A stretch of DNA of 63,835 nt, counting the filler, from Perkinsus olseni (taxonomy: Eukaryota): the NCBI GenBank assembly GCA_013115125.1. It is 14 parts of 14 records of this genome, joined end to end, with 100 filler letters (N's around TTAATTAATTAA, not from the genome) between each part and the next. Parts side by side here need not be neighbours in the genome. Positions count along the whole stretch, not along the records: positions 23,069 to 27,531 come from JABANN010001268.1; positions 27,632 to 32,091 come from JABANN010001270.1; positions 32,192 to 36,645 come from JABANN010001271.1; positions 36,746 to 41,191 come from JABANN010001273.1; 10 more parts are not named here. The stretch is one strand, 5' to 3'. The notes under the pieces are model-generated. The model did not search any database and was not told the DNA's origin. It saw only the letters and a program-made list of their open reading frames with translations. Positions 27,004 through 38,994 of this stretch are shown piece after piece. Position 1 is the first letter of the stretch. Every line of letters starts with the position of its first letter. Position numbers and translations under genes: made by a program.

Positions 27004-27420
27004 TCAAAATTTATCAGTTGTGAGAACCACAGTAGTCACACTTCGTTGCTCGACATCTTTTAGAGCAATGGTCGAGTAGCGTCCCCCTCCGAGGTCTAGT
27101 TCGATAAGTAGCTCAGCAACGGTCGCGTTACTCTCATGGCGATCATCGCACAGGACCTGGACCCAGGACATTGGAGGGAAACACTTCTAGAGGCATCCCT
27201 ACCACAATGACGATCTCAGTTCTCGACGGGTTAATCGCTGCCATTGCCTCAATCCCGGCTGGGAATGTACCATCAGCTTGCTGGCCAGGGTTGATGACGT
27301 TGAGTGACGTCAAGACAGAGTAACCCGGTTTGAAATATTTAGTTATTTGCCCAAACGTGTAGTAAGGTGTGTTCAACTGAATACGATGGGATGGCGACTC
27401 GCCATTGGCGAGGCCTCCGG
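27004..27420 (-). CDS. C-terminal exons of a glycoside hydrolase family 30 (glucosylceramidase-like) protein, partial
   Basis: TPYYTFGQITKYFKPG...IEAMAAINPSRTEIVIVV...RSVTTVV matches the GH30 pattern (YY..GHFSKFI.PG...AF.NPDG..VVVV). Confidence 0.7.
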
Positions 27421-27823
27421 TGAGGATGACACCAATGGATGCACAACACAACGCTCGACTACACCTTTTCCCGAGCAAATAAAATGTTTTTTCGTTTGAC
27501 TTAAAAGGGCACGGAAAATCGAATTTCATTTNNNNNNNNNNNNNNNNNNNNNNNNNNNNNNNNNNNNNNNNNNNNTTAATTAATTAANNNNNNNNNNNNN
27601 NNNNNNNNNNNNNNNNNNNNNNNNNNNNNNNGCTAGCTCAGGGTAATGAACCGAACCGGTAACTCCTCCCATACCTACTCTCCAAATTTCAGCCTCATAC
27701 CTGCCGCGCACTAAAAATAAAGTAAATAATACCAAAAATCACGATTTGCTTCAACTAGTCTATGGGTCTTGCGGGGTCCGTGGGGTAACTTTCGCGCTCG
27801 CCCGGGCTATATCCCATATATCA

Positions 27824-28022
27824 TGGCTATATCGGACAGGCTTCCCATCGGCTACTTGCTCGTCCCCCCCGTTCGTTCGGTTATGGCGGTGATTCTCCTC
27901 TATCGTTTCGTTTCTTAGGCAAGCTGCCAGGAAATCTGCTCCAACACTCCTTTTTGCAAAGCGTCTTATTGCAAGTCATGGCAGCATCCTCCCGTTTGCC
28001 AAGGCCTGTAAGTCTACAGTCT
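27824..28022 (-). repeat. ~195-bp repeat with a second copy at 31894-32091; probably fragments of a decayed retroelement
   Basis: Near-identical direct repeat within one contig (two substitutions seen). Confidence 0.85.
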
Positions 28023-28175
28023 CCCCTCGGGAGATTTATCTTCCTTTCTCTCCCAGATATTATATATATGGCCCGTCCCGGCCAGATGACGTTTGCTTCT
28101 TCGACGGAGTTCACAATTGTTCGGACAAAGGCACTGTACCAGTACCCTGCCCAGGAGGCAAGACAACAATTCATC

Positions 28176-28310
28176 CGACACAGCCACCTTGCCCTACGAC
28201 GACATCGTGCCCGATACAGCCACCTTGCCCTACGACGACACCGTGCCCGACACAGCCACCTTGCCCTACGACGACACCGTGCCCGACACAGCCACCGTGC
28301 CCTACGACGA
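28176..28310 (+). repeat. 36-bp tandem repeat (about 4 copies; reads DTATLPYDDTVP), followed by low-complexity CAA/CGA sequence
   Basis: CGACACAGCCACCTTGCCCTACGACGACACCGTGCC units. Confidence 0.9.
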
Positions 28311-28895
28311 CCACAACGACGACTACAACAACGACGGCTACTACTACAACCACAACCACAACGACAACGTCATCTACGTATCCGCCGTGCCCAACGACTA
28401 CACCGTGCCCTATTTGATTTCGTATGCTTCGGAATAACTGATAGTAGCTCCGGCGCTGCTGAGCCCTGCGCTCCAGTCCTTCTCGTAACCTCAAGTTGTT
28501 CTTTGCCACTTTCCTTATGAACTCATCATTTTTCATGAATCTGTCCGACGCTGCAAGATTATACCCGCCAAGTTTCCCAAAATCTCGCCCAAGGCTGCGG
28601 GCTGACACCATTTGGCCGCTAGCAGTGGGGGTATCCACTTTCATTCATTACATTCCTTATTGTCGAGTACGTAATTGTTATCCGGAAAGTCGTACGTAAT
28701 GTGCGTTGCTTATAGAGTGGATGGTGTCGAGAGGAGTAGACTTGGTGTTGCCCTCGACCATGACAAATCTGTCATTCAAATGTCGATGGGTCGCCGAGTA
28801 CGAGTTGAGTCGGCAGCCTACGAGTGTCTGGAAGGATTTCCTGCAATTTCCGGAAGGCCTCCGTGTTTGGTGTTCTCCGAGATTCCCCAACCTCG

Positions 28896-28937
<42 letters not shown>

Positions 28938-29827
28938 CGACGGCGTCATTGATTGCTGCTCGCTGTGAATGGCAGTATGGTTAGATCATACCTTATGTTG
29001 AGCCGGGTATATGGTGAGTCGGTGGCATCGACGGGAGCACCCACGGTACTCCCAGTCGCCGAAGTGAGTAGTGAGATGTGCTAGCATCATTAGAAGAGAA
29101 TCAGAGAATCCCCGGGGCCCACTTGTTGGTAGAAGGCTCACTTAGGTCACGACTGCTCTCGCGTACTGTAGTCGTTCTCGTGAGTTTTGGAATCGATCTA
29201 CTAGAAACGCCCAGCAGGGCTGCAGGCTAGCTCAGACGGCGCCTTGCCGACGCATCAGCTTCTGTAGATGATAGCTGCAGATTTGACTTGCACCCATCGC
29301 TTGTGAGAAACATTCTTCGTTGGGTTAGGTCCGTTTATCACGTAGTATAATCGTGGTAGACACATCGAGCCCACAACTCCATTTTACTCGCAGCAGTGTC
29401 GGATCTGGCAGATGGAAATTTCCTTCTCGTGCTTGGAGGTGAACAGAAGTCGAATGAGCACGTAGAAGAGTGTCCGGGAGTCCCGGCGGAAGAGAGGACC
29501 CAGGACTAGTCCGCAACACATTGTCACTCCAGTTCTTGTGGGTGAGCGAACTGTGAACCAAATTGAACGCCATCCTTCGGGTCGTGCTGGTGCATGGCAG
29601 TTTGATGTCGATCCTTGGCCATCCTTATGACGGACTCAAGACAACTCGAGACTCTTTGCCGTCGAAAATTTTGACGGCAAAGAGTCTCGAGTTGTCATTT
29701 TGACTCAAAACTATACTAAGGTTCTAGGTGATGAGCTCGAGGATAAAGTAGATACCAAAATGGACCCATAGGAACGCTAATGACATCAACAACTTAATAA
29801 CAACTAATGGTTGACGGAGTCCACTTG

Positions 29828-29915
29828 CTCGAGGCTGTTCGAGGCTGCTGTTCGAGGCTGCTGTTCGAGGCTGCTGTTCGAGGCTGCTGTTCGAGGCTGC
29901 TGTTCGAGGCTGTTC
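29828..29915 (+). repeat. GAGGCTGCTGTTC-type minisatellite
   Basis: Tandem 10-16-bp units. Confidence 0.85.
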
Positions 29916-30284
29916 AGGATGTCCACAGGAACTTTGTGTCGATCAGATCGTCATAAATGCCGTTCTCGGCATATCCTTTCTAAATCTCGATGAGCATGGA
30001 CAGTTACTGTGAACTGTACTGCAGTTTCGTCTACTAAACTGTTCCGGTGGTGTTTGTTATCATACAGTTTTTAACTCCGTTATCCCCTTGTTGGATTTCC
30101 TCCATGCTTCCGAAGCATTGCTTCGCGTTCATCTGCTTCCTTCTTCTACTCGTAGCTGCACGACTGTTCGCAGCTAGGAACTGACAGCCTGTCAGCTCGT
30201 TAACTCACAACATGGGGTTTCAAGTATATAGTTTATAGATGGATAGATAAATTCTCACTGCTCGTTGACGTTCTCGACACCTCT

Positions 30285-30460
30285 GACGGGCAGCGATCGA
30301 GCATGCGGGCAACTTCCTTCTCAACATTGGGAAAGCCGTAGTTCTTCTTCAGCGCAACTACGGTATCCGGAAGACCGATGTGTAGATGAGCTTCATGAGC
30401 TCCCGAGATTACCCGATCTCGGATGACCTTTGGGAGCCACGGGCGACCTCGATAGCACAC
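30285..30460 (-). mobile_element. Gypsy-type LTR retrotransposon integrase zinc-binding (HHCC) remnant
   Basis: RGRPWLPKVIRDRVISGAHEAHLHIGLPDTVVALKKNYGFPNVEKEVARMLDRC. Confidence 0.8.
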
Positions 30461-31149
30461 TAGATCATCTCAACTCCTATCGATTGGTTCGGGTCCACGG
30501 CATTCGGTGAACTATCGCCCTCAGCCTCCTGTGCTTCTTCTGGGTCTTTGGCTACCGGCCACCAACAGTCTCCGCCCCCTCGAGCACAGCAGTAGAGTCA
30601 GGTAGGTATAAAGGCAGTGGCCGTGGTGTTTTGATGGTCGCCGATGGAGTGCCACTAGTGTGCGCTCATCCTCTCAGCCGCGGGAGAGCAGTTAACCCGT
30701 GGCTGTGCCTTGGCTGGCCGCAGTCACTGAGGCTTAGTCAAGACCGCTCGCTGGCAGATAGTACCTGCATGGCTCAACTTTTCGTCCAAAGTGTATCACC
30801 AACCTGGTGACACCTGGCATCAATGACCTGTAGCAGTAATGCTGGGAAGTGTGGCTAGAGTCTAGCTACACTTTCTCAGGAGTCTCTGCAGCCATGCCCT
30901 CCGAGAGGCCCTCCATGCCTTGGACAGCACGAGATCTGCTTCACTGCCCCTCCGCTATCCGGAGCGTTATCATCGGTTAATGGAGGCAAATCGGCAGGAG
31001 CAAAGTGGTCCACGCTGGTTTCCACCGTCGTCTCCATCCGGCCCGAGTGTTCTGTTAGTGATCTGTCCCTCAACATAGCACTGCAGTAGAAATAGTAGCG
31101 CGGAAGTGCTTTAGAAGGCCTGATGCAACTTGATCGTAGTAGATAATCT

Positions 31150-32091
31150 CTATAGCTTTAGCTCAGCGCCAGCCTTACTTTATCTGGGAGGGACGTATGT
31201 GTTGTGGGGGAGCGGGACAGCGGCGATGGTACGCCAGCGTTCTTCAGTTCTCTTATCGGTATGCCAAAACTACGGATCTTCACGTTTGATCTCCTCGACC
31301 GATCTCATCTTCTCTGGGGTGTCGGTTCCCGTACGCGGTATGATGGTACGCGTGCCCAGGGCCGGCGATAGTAACAATCCGCATGTGGCAGTATGTCCAT
31401 ATGAATGTGTGACTCCGGAATGTAGTGTGAGGAGCCGAGAGCAGCTACCCTCGCAGCTTGGTTATGGTTGTGGTGCCTCGCCGATAGTTATGAACCCGTG
31501 GAGGCGCTCGCCCGATATGGGACAAAGCTGGCTTGATCGATATTCGCCGTCACGCAGCGCGCGAGGGCCTCGCGGCGAGGGCAACGGTGAAACCCAGTAA
31601 CGTCGCATATGAAGAACATTCTGGACGAGGACGGGGAGCAAACGGAAGGGCTCGGAGAGGTCCACTTGAGGCTCATGCCTCCGTCGACCCGCACATCGCT
31701 GGCATGTCTCGAGGCTGATGGGCAGGTCTGATAACCACCGCTCCTCCTCACACTCTGCGGTGGACTCTCTAACCCAATGGTTCGGCTTCCCTTTCTAGCG
31801 ACCCTTTCGAGTCTACTGCTCGGCGGTGCCGCTCGAAACTTCGGCAGTTCCGCTCCGGTAAGATTGGCTATCACAACCCTACATTCCATCATCGCTATAT
31901 CGGACAGGCTTCCCATCGGCTACTTACTCGTCCCCCCCCGTTCGTTCGGTTATGGCGGTGATTCTCCTCTATCGTTTCGTTTCTTAGGCAAGCTGCCAGG
32001 AAATCTGCTCCAACACTTCTTTTTGCAAAGCGTCTTATTGCAAGTCATGGCAGCATCCTCCCGTTTGCCAAGGCCTGTAAGTCTACAGTCT
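31150..32091 (-). mobile_element. Possible highly decayed DIRS-like RNase H / recombinase remnant
   Basis: DIAMMECRVV resembles HINxLEL; CPISGERLHGFI and FWHTDKRTEER resemble PVTPERLVSFI and FHDTKTASREER in the element at 55341-56436; many stops and frameshifts. Confidence 0.35.
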
Positions 32092-32191
32092 NNNNNNNNN
32101 NNNNNNNNNNNNNNNNNNNNNNNNNNNNNNNNNNNTTAATTAATTAANNNNNNNNNNNNNNNNNNNNNNNNNNNNNNNNNNNNNNNNNNNN

Positions 32192-33083
32192 TCTCTTCGA
32201 GACGGGCTCCCTCCCCCGATGATACCGTCGTGTAATTTGCCCACGTCTTTTCTCTCCGTCATTTACCCATTCAGTTACGTTGATGGTGCTTTTGATATGT
32301 TCAACGTCGGGCATGCAACAACACTCGAGAAGGCGAAGGCACTTGGCACGTAAGGCGCGCCTTGAAGGACAGTCCCATCAGAGCGATCATCCATTATTAT
32401 ATCAAGCCTTAAGAATCGTTACTCTGTATTGCCATTGCCCGTTTCAAGGTACTTACTAGTTGGAATATTCGACGATGAAACGGTTAATAAAATGAAGGGT
32501 GGGAATTATCCTGTCATGAATTTGCTCGAACGGGTACGCAAATATGAGTCTCACCGGTATGACCTTTGTTCTCCCGGCTAGGTTTTGAACGTGAGTGCAT
32601 GCAAGCATGTCGATGAGGTGATAATTGGTGCCCCTGTGGAGATCACCGAGGATTTGATCAAGACCATGAACATCAGCATAGTCGCACAGGGATCGATAAG
32701 TCCGCCGCCCCCGCCGCCCTTCTGCAGTTGGGGGTCGTTACATCTCCGTGCGTAGGTTCTCGCCGACGGAGGTGTCCTTCGAGCGATGAGGCCGGGACGG
32801 TGAGTGATGCTTCCACGTTGATATTCTCGATCGGCCTCCTTCAGGTAACCCAGGTTAATGAAGTGCCGAAGCGTTTGGGTATCCTTCGTGAAGTCGAAAG
32901 TGAATACCCTCATTTGACGGCCGCTGCCGTCGCTGAACGCATCGCCACCAATCGGCTAACGTACATCCCTTCTCGTGGAGGCCCCTCCTTCAGACTCCCC
33001 TCAGGTACATCAGTCGTAATAGTAAACGTAGTGCACTCGAAAATGAATATTACTCCAATAAGAAGCACATCGCGGAGATGTAG
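32192..33083 (+). CDS. Ethanolamine-phosphate cytidylyltransferase, copy 1 (3' half)
   Basis: YVDGAFDMFNVGHATTLEKAKALG, YPVMNLLER, SACKHVDEVIIGAP, AERIATNRL. Confidence 0.9.
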
Positions 33084-33620
33084 TCGATAAATTCATCACC
33101 ATCAGCAGCACTTGTCAAGTCCGCATTTAAGATGCTCCTTAGTATTAGATATGATAGGTGATCATTACCTAGGTTGACCTCTCGTCCTACTCTCCAGACT
33201 TGTCAGGGGCTGCTCGTAAGGTCCTCCGTCCCCTATGCGTCATATTTTTGCAAATTATTAACCCGGGTCCTCCCTAGGAGCTCCCTCCACTGTTGGGTTC
33301 AGTGTTATTCACAAGGTGGATGTCCTTCCTCGAGTAACCTCTGAGTCAGGTAGAACACCCGCGACCATTGGGGAGCGTTCAGAAGCTATCGTACTTTTCT
33401 AGAATGCTGATATTGCTCTCGAGTGGGAGGATCGGCCATGAAGAGAGGGTTGCAAATTCTACTGCGCCATGGACGGGCGTGAACCGTTACAGCGCCCAGG
33501 GCGACCCGGACGCCCGGATACCGTACAGAAGCTCCTCGCAACAAATTATCGACCGTAACAAGCCGGCAAGTCACTTGTATCCTCCGTGTTTTGCAGCGTC
33601 TTGTTCTAATTGTCGTGGAC

Positions 33621-35491
33621 ATGCCTAGTCCCAACGCTACTGTGACGGAAAGGAAGAAGGTGGCTTCGCGTTGAACTCATCAATCCCTTAGAAGTGTCTT
33701 TCATGACAGGTTCGTGGGTACCTGGATGGTTGCTTTGATATCATGCACAGCGGCCACTACAGCGCTATGAGGCAGGCGAAAGGTAAAAGCAAGAGCACCT
33801 GGGAGTGAAGCCTCGTAGAGTCCTCTGGGCAGCTCAATGCGACGTTCTCATCGTCGGAGTGTACGCTGACGAGGATATCGTACCCGACAAAGCCTTGCCT
33901 GTCATGAAGCAAGAGGAGAGGTCGGTCCGTGCTGCTGCTGCTGCTTCTGCTGTTCATCGTGGTTGTAGCATGGCATAGGTATTCATTCTTGAAGCACTTG
34001 AAGTGGGTCGATGAAGTCGTGTATGGAGTGCCGGTGGTGCCGACTACGGAATTTTTGGACACCATCGAGGCTGACTTTTGCGTAGGGTGTCGCGGCCCGA
34101 GAATCGGTGAAGTATTACTATCAGATCCATGGCGACAACATGCCTGTCAATGGGCGTGGCAGGTGTGCTTATGATGATCTCAGAGACGCCGGTAGACTCC
34201 GTGTTTTCAAGCGTACGCTTTCGGCGGCCAAACCCTTCTCCAGCGATACTCACCTAGGTACCGAATGCGTCACGGTCACCGATCTCGTCGGAAGGCTTCT
34301 GGTCCAAACTAGAGATCATCTCACTGGTCCCAGGATTGACGATGGCCTTGATCTCGAAACACGGCAGATTCTGGCGGTAAAGAGAGAGCGGTTGGACCCA
34401 GGGTTACCGTCCGTCCCTCAGCAGGCTCCTGGCAGTCCCATCTGTCGTGCCACCGACCTTGCTGTTAACAGCGCAGTGTCCAGCCCTAGAATGGGCGCCA
34501 CTTCGCCGACGAGCAGTCGAAAGGTGATGCTGCTCGTTTGAACTCGGCCTGAGCTCGTGACCAGTCGTGGCGTTCTATGGTAGCTTCTCGTCACTAACAT
34601 GGTCAAGCGCATCGCGGAGTTTGTCTCACGAAGGCCTCCCACCGCTGATGACGTTGTTGTGTAAGTCACCACTGTCATGCCCTTGCTGATGATGATAAGC
34701 TCCTTTGCAGCTATATTGATGGAGCTTTCGACATGTTCAACGTCGGCCACGCCTCGACGCTCGAGAAGGCCAAGGCTGCTGGGACGTACGACTACTGGCC
34801 ACTGTCTCTCGCTACTGACCCGTCTTAGGTACCTTATTGTTGGCGTCTTCGATGACCGCACCGTCAATGAGATGAAGGGTTGCAACTACCCCGTCATGAA
34901 CCTGGGCGAGAGAGTGACGACGCTCTCCCGTGGTGTGTCTAGTCAGTACGCTCTCGCTGTGCAGGTCCTCAACGTGTGTGCTTGCAAGCACGTTGATGAT
35001 GTTGTTATTGGAGCGCCGTTAGAAGTTACCGAAGACTTCCTCAAGAGCCTCAACGCCAGCGTCGTTGTACAGGGCTCCCAGAGTACGTCCCGATTGTGCC
35101 CATTGAAGCTAGCGACACTCTTCCCTTCAGCTCTTCACCCATCCGCCGAAGTACCCTCCGATGAGCATGGAGTGAGGAATACGTCCAACTACTCGTCTGC
35201 CGCCTCTCATCCTCCGAGTTCTTACAGCAGCTTTCTCCGGGAATTTCGTGGCGGGTGAGGCTATCCGGACCTTGTGTTCTGCAGGTCCATCAGAAAAATG
35301 ATGTTCCGAAAAAGTTGGGCATCTTTAAAGAAGTCACCAGCGACTACCCTGCGTTAACCGTCACCATCGTGGCCGAGAGGATAGCCCGCAACAGGCTGCA
35401 GTAAGTGCTCCTTCACTCTCTCCTCCTGCTCGTACTCGCCGGTCACAGGTACATCGCGGAGCAGCGCAAGAGGGCCGAATCACAGCATTAG
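33621..35491 (+). CDS. Ethanolamine-phosphate cytidylyltransferase, copy 2 (complete, two CT domains), multi-exon
   Basis: YLDGCFDIMHSGH, KWVDEVV, IHGDN, FKRTECVTVTDLVGRLL, YIDGAFDMFNVGH, CACKHVDDVVIGAP. Confidence 0.92.
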
Positions 35492-36745
35492 ATTCTTCAA
35501 CATCGGCTAGGCCCTTTACCCCCTCGATTTTCAGAGTGTGCTCGTCCGGGCAAGTATGATGATGACGTAGTTGCTATCACTCATCACTCAAGATGAGTAT
35601 TCTTAGGTTAGCTCATGCTCCAAATTTTTTATGTGTAAGTCGATTCTTTAGCCTTTGGCTCCTCAGCGAGTTGCGTTCCTCAGTATCTAGGAGGGGTCCT
35701 CCATCCGTCCCGACGCTCGAGTCTTATTTCTACTACTTTCTCGGCGCTTGGGCTGCTGGCCACCCCCGAGGTTCCATCTGGCTGCCGTGAGTTAGCCTTA
35801 CACATCGAGTTGCCCAAGCAAACATTCACTTCGGAAATGCTTGTTTTATCTTAGCAATTGTCCAGTCCAGTGTGCAGCCCAGTGCCGGGTATGCGACCAG
35901 ATGCTGCTTGATATCGACTAGCGCCTCAGTAAATAGGGCCCTTCTTCCGGGCGAGGGCATGCGTTCTATGATGCGTTCAGTGTGTATTACTCCCCCGGGC
36001 AGGGTGCTCTCTACACGGATACTCGAGGTTGGTGGACAGCCCACCGCGTGCTCCTCATTTGTCCATGATGGTCCATGATGGTCCCCGCTTTACGTGGAGG
36101 AAACCAACAGTGCTGCCTTTTAGTTGATAATTTTCATCGTCAACGTGACGAGTGGGACGCGATGGCGGATGGGTACTTTTCACGAAAGACTACGAGGCGG
36201 CGCTGTCCCACAAGCGAGGACGCTGGATTTTTGCTTTTGGTTCAACTGTGCTAGCTAGTTAGCTCGGGACTGTATGAAACGACGTCACTCAGCGGACTCA
36301 CCCGCAGTACTCTTGGTGGCGTCTCCGGCCAACGTTTAAGCTGTCTTTGGATATGCTACGGAGTCAGCGCTGATCTCTTCATTAGTACCGCACATCACTA
36401 TGCTTCATGACAGCATTGTTGCACTACTCACTTCTTTTGCACTCCTCGTTGTCTCCATGAAGCCCTTACGATTGTGTTGTCAAAGTGATCACGCTAGCTA
36501 GATGGGGTTAGACTATTGTACCGGTACGAAGAAGCCGCCTATGACTGACTCGCATACTTGATCGCGTCCAGGCTCTGCGTCGTAGAGCGAATACTGTTCA
36601 CCATCGGACCGTATGCAGGGTACGTGGGGTCCACAGCCCTTTGTGNNNNNNNNNNNNNNNNNNNNNNNNNNNNNNNNNNNNNNNNNNNNTTAATTAATTA
36701 ANNNNNNNNNNNNNNNNNNNNNNNNNNNNNNNNNNNNNNNNNNNN

Positions 36746-36818
36746 CTACCTAGATCTATTCGGGGGGCGGGAGTATTAGCTATGCACGCATGCACAAGAT
36801 GATCGGCGCGCAATGAGT
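36746..36818 (-). repeat. 73-bp repeat identical to 38135-38207 (LTR-like start)
   Basis: Exact direct repeat. Confidence 0.85.
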
Positions 36819-36821
36819 GGT

Positions 36822-37656
36822 CAGGGTGGTCGGTGGCTGGGGAGTTATAATAAACCCCGCCCCAAAAAACCCCAATTACTGCACGGGGAGAAATGCCGAT
36901 CCACCCCCGGGGGTCTGTTGGGCTTTCTGGAGCGCGCGAAGCGCGCGTAGAAAATAACAAGATATGCAAGATTTGCAAGAATCTCGCCCTTCGCACGGGT
37001 GCTATGCAAGATGGGTAATTCCCAAAATCCAAAGGAGAGGTCACCTCACCTCTCCATCACCTCTCAGAGGTGATATCACTTAGACTGTCGTATGAATATG
37101 GGGTTTATAGCTCTTAGACAGCGGGATGAATATGGGATTGATAGCTTATCTCGGTCGGGTTTGCGGGGCATGCGTTACTCTCAGTAACTTACTGATAAAA
37201 TTACCGGACCCTGAGATCCCAAGCTAAACCGAAGGGCTGCTCGGCTGTCAAACTGTTCAGCTCAGTCACAATCACTCGAACGCATAGCAACTGCACTTGT
37301 AGGAAATTTGTACGAGTGCAATTTCTACTAGAAATTGTTTGTGTGAGAATTTTGTGACTCAAAAACTTTCACAGTAATCCCACGCCGTAGCGACATGACA
37401 GTGCCACAATCATGACGACGCGGCTCGTGCTAGAGACTCTACAAAGGTATCTACGGTGGAGAATGCAGACATGAACGCGCGCGAAGCGCGCGAAGAAAAT
37501 GCAAGAAATGCAAGAGTGGCAAGATTATTGGCTAATGGACGTGTTTTCCCACGAAGCACCATTCACCCCGTAGACCCCCGGTATAAACCCCATAAACCAC
37601 GGAATAACTCCCGGGGGGGGGAGTTATAGAATAAACCCCCAAAACCGACCACCCTG
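36822..37656. mobile_element. Non-autonomous TIR element (MITE, hAT-like ends)
   Basis: 13-bp TIR CAGGGTGGTCGGT (36822-36834 / 37644-37656); paired subterminal motifs GGGGAGTTATA..AAACCCC, GCGCGCGAAGCGCGCG and GCAAGA repeats; no ORF; no TSD visible. Confidence 0.7.
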
Positions 37657-38211
37657 TGTGATATATACTGTCTGGACCACAGCGTATGTCTCAAGCTGTC
37701 TCGATCGATCCGGAACAACGATCTGCGCCGATCTATGCACGCATGCACAAGACGAGCATAATGAGTAACACTCTCCCCTCCGAGTAGAGAAGTATGAGAT
37801 GTTGAGATGAAAAAGGAGAGAAGTAAAGAGTGCTGAGGGTTGACGTCGGTGATTTAGTTGAGGTCGCCGACGGTGTAAACTTGTAAGTAGTTGAGAGGGC
37901 TTGTTGGAGTCCTAGTAGGGTCGCTGTGTGTCTGGGGTCCAGTTGTTGTCGTTGGTGATGTTCTCGTTGTGGAGGTAGTCGAAGTTTGGGCGTTCCAGAT
38001 ATTTGATGAGCTCCTCGAGAGGCGTTGGAGAGGTTGTTGAGGTCTCAGGAGGTTTACTGGGGGTCTGGGCACCAGTTGTTGCTTCTCCGTTGTTGCTCAT
38101 AGTCAACGCAAGGCGAGAAGGAGTATAAAGTCTTCTACCTAGATCTATTCGGGGGGCGGGAGTATTAGCTATGCACGCATGCACAAGATGATCGGCGCGC
38201 AATGAGTAACA
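37657..38211 (-). mobile_element. Small LTR-like remnant: TGTTACTCATT start, short broken ORF (MSNNGEATT...), polypurine tract, second TGTTACTCATT...ACA block
   Basis: PPT-like GGAGGGGAGAG directly precedes TGT at 37770; the 38211 and 37770 blocks share TGTTACTCATT and TCTTGTGCATGCGTGCATAG. Confidence 0.5.
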
Positions 38212-38547
38212 GTCGCCCACACAGCTGGGACGCGGGTTCTTATGCCAGGAAGATTCGGATGAGCACCGCGAGACCCGAACTCACGCCGATTCACTAATCG
38301 AACTCGAACAGTTCCTAGCGTCGTCTAGGAAACCTGCAGTGTATTGAAGCAGTAACAACAAGTCTAATGTCGGAAAGCGCTCGTGGGCCCGCGAGTCATG
38401 AAACAACTTACCGGATAAGTTGGCACTGAAAGCAAAGAACATCAACTGTGCCACATCGTTGATATTGTGAGCCCTCGAAAAATCTTCTACAGTAATCTTG
38501 ACCGCTGGTGAGCTCCCGGAGCGTAGGAAGCAGTCGCCGGTGAAGTT

Positions 38548-38994
38548 CTATGTCACGAAGCTGGTATAACCAGAATCGACCGAAGCATCGTCCAACTCAG
38601 GCAGATTCTGACTGGCAGCGGCGTGATGTATCTGCCGCTGTTGTAGCTGCTCACGATGCTGCCCAACAGGCTGCTGCTCAACCAGTTGCTGCTCTACCGG
38701 TTGCTGCACCTGCTCTTGGGGCTGGTCTTGATGCTGGTCTTGATGCTGCTCTTGATGCTGTTGTTGGTGGTGTTCCTGCGGCTCCTGTTGCACATCTGGC
38801 TTCGGCTCACCCGGCTTCTGCTCATCCTGCTTCTGCTCATCCGGGTTCGGCGTCTCAAGCGGGGGATCCTCTGCCTGATCGTCATCGTGCAGCAGGTCAT
38901 TCTCGTCATGCTTAGAGAACCAGCCAAAGCAACTGGCGTTACCATACTCGAGGAATATCAGCAGGCAAAGCAGCAGGTATGCGACGCGAGTCAT
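38548..38994 (-). CDS. Secreted Gln/Glu/His/Pro-rich low-complexity protein, about 148 aa
   Basis: Signal MTRVAYLLLCLLIFLEYGNA; QEQHQDQHQDQ and VEQQ repeats. Confidence 0.7.
   Translation of the reverse strand: MTRVAYLLLCLLIFLEYGNASCFGWFSKHDENDLLHDDDQAEDPPLETPNPDEQKQDEQKPGEPKPDVQQEPQEHHQQQHQEQHQDQHQDQPQEQVQQPVEQQLVEQQPVGQHREQLQQRQIHHAAASQNLPELDDASVDSGYTSFVT

Noticed and set aside
27500-27531. Kolobok-like terminus (TTAA followed by AAGGGCAC)
   Set aside because: Only about 30 nt before the contig end, with no partner end.
28176-28310. 36-bp repeats as CRISPR repeats
   Set aside because: Head-to-tail units with no unique spacers.
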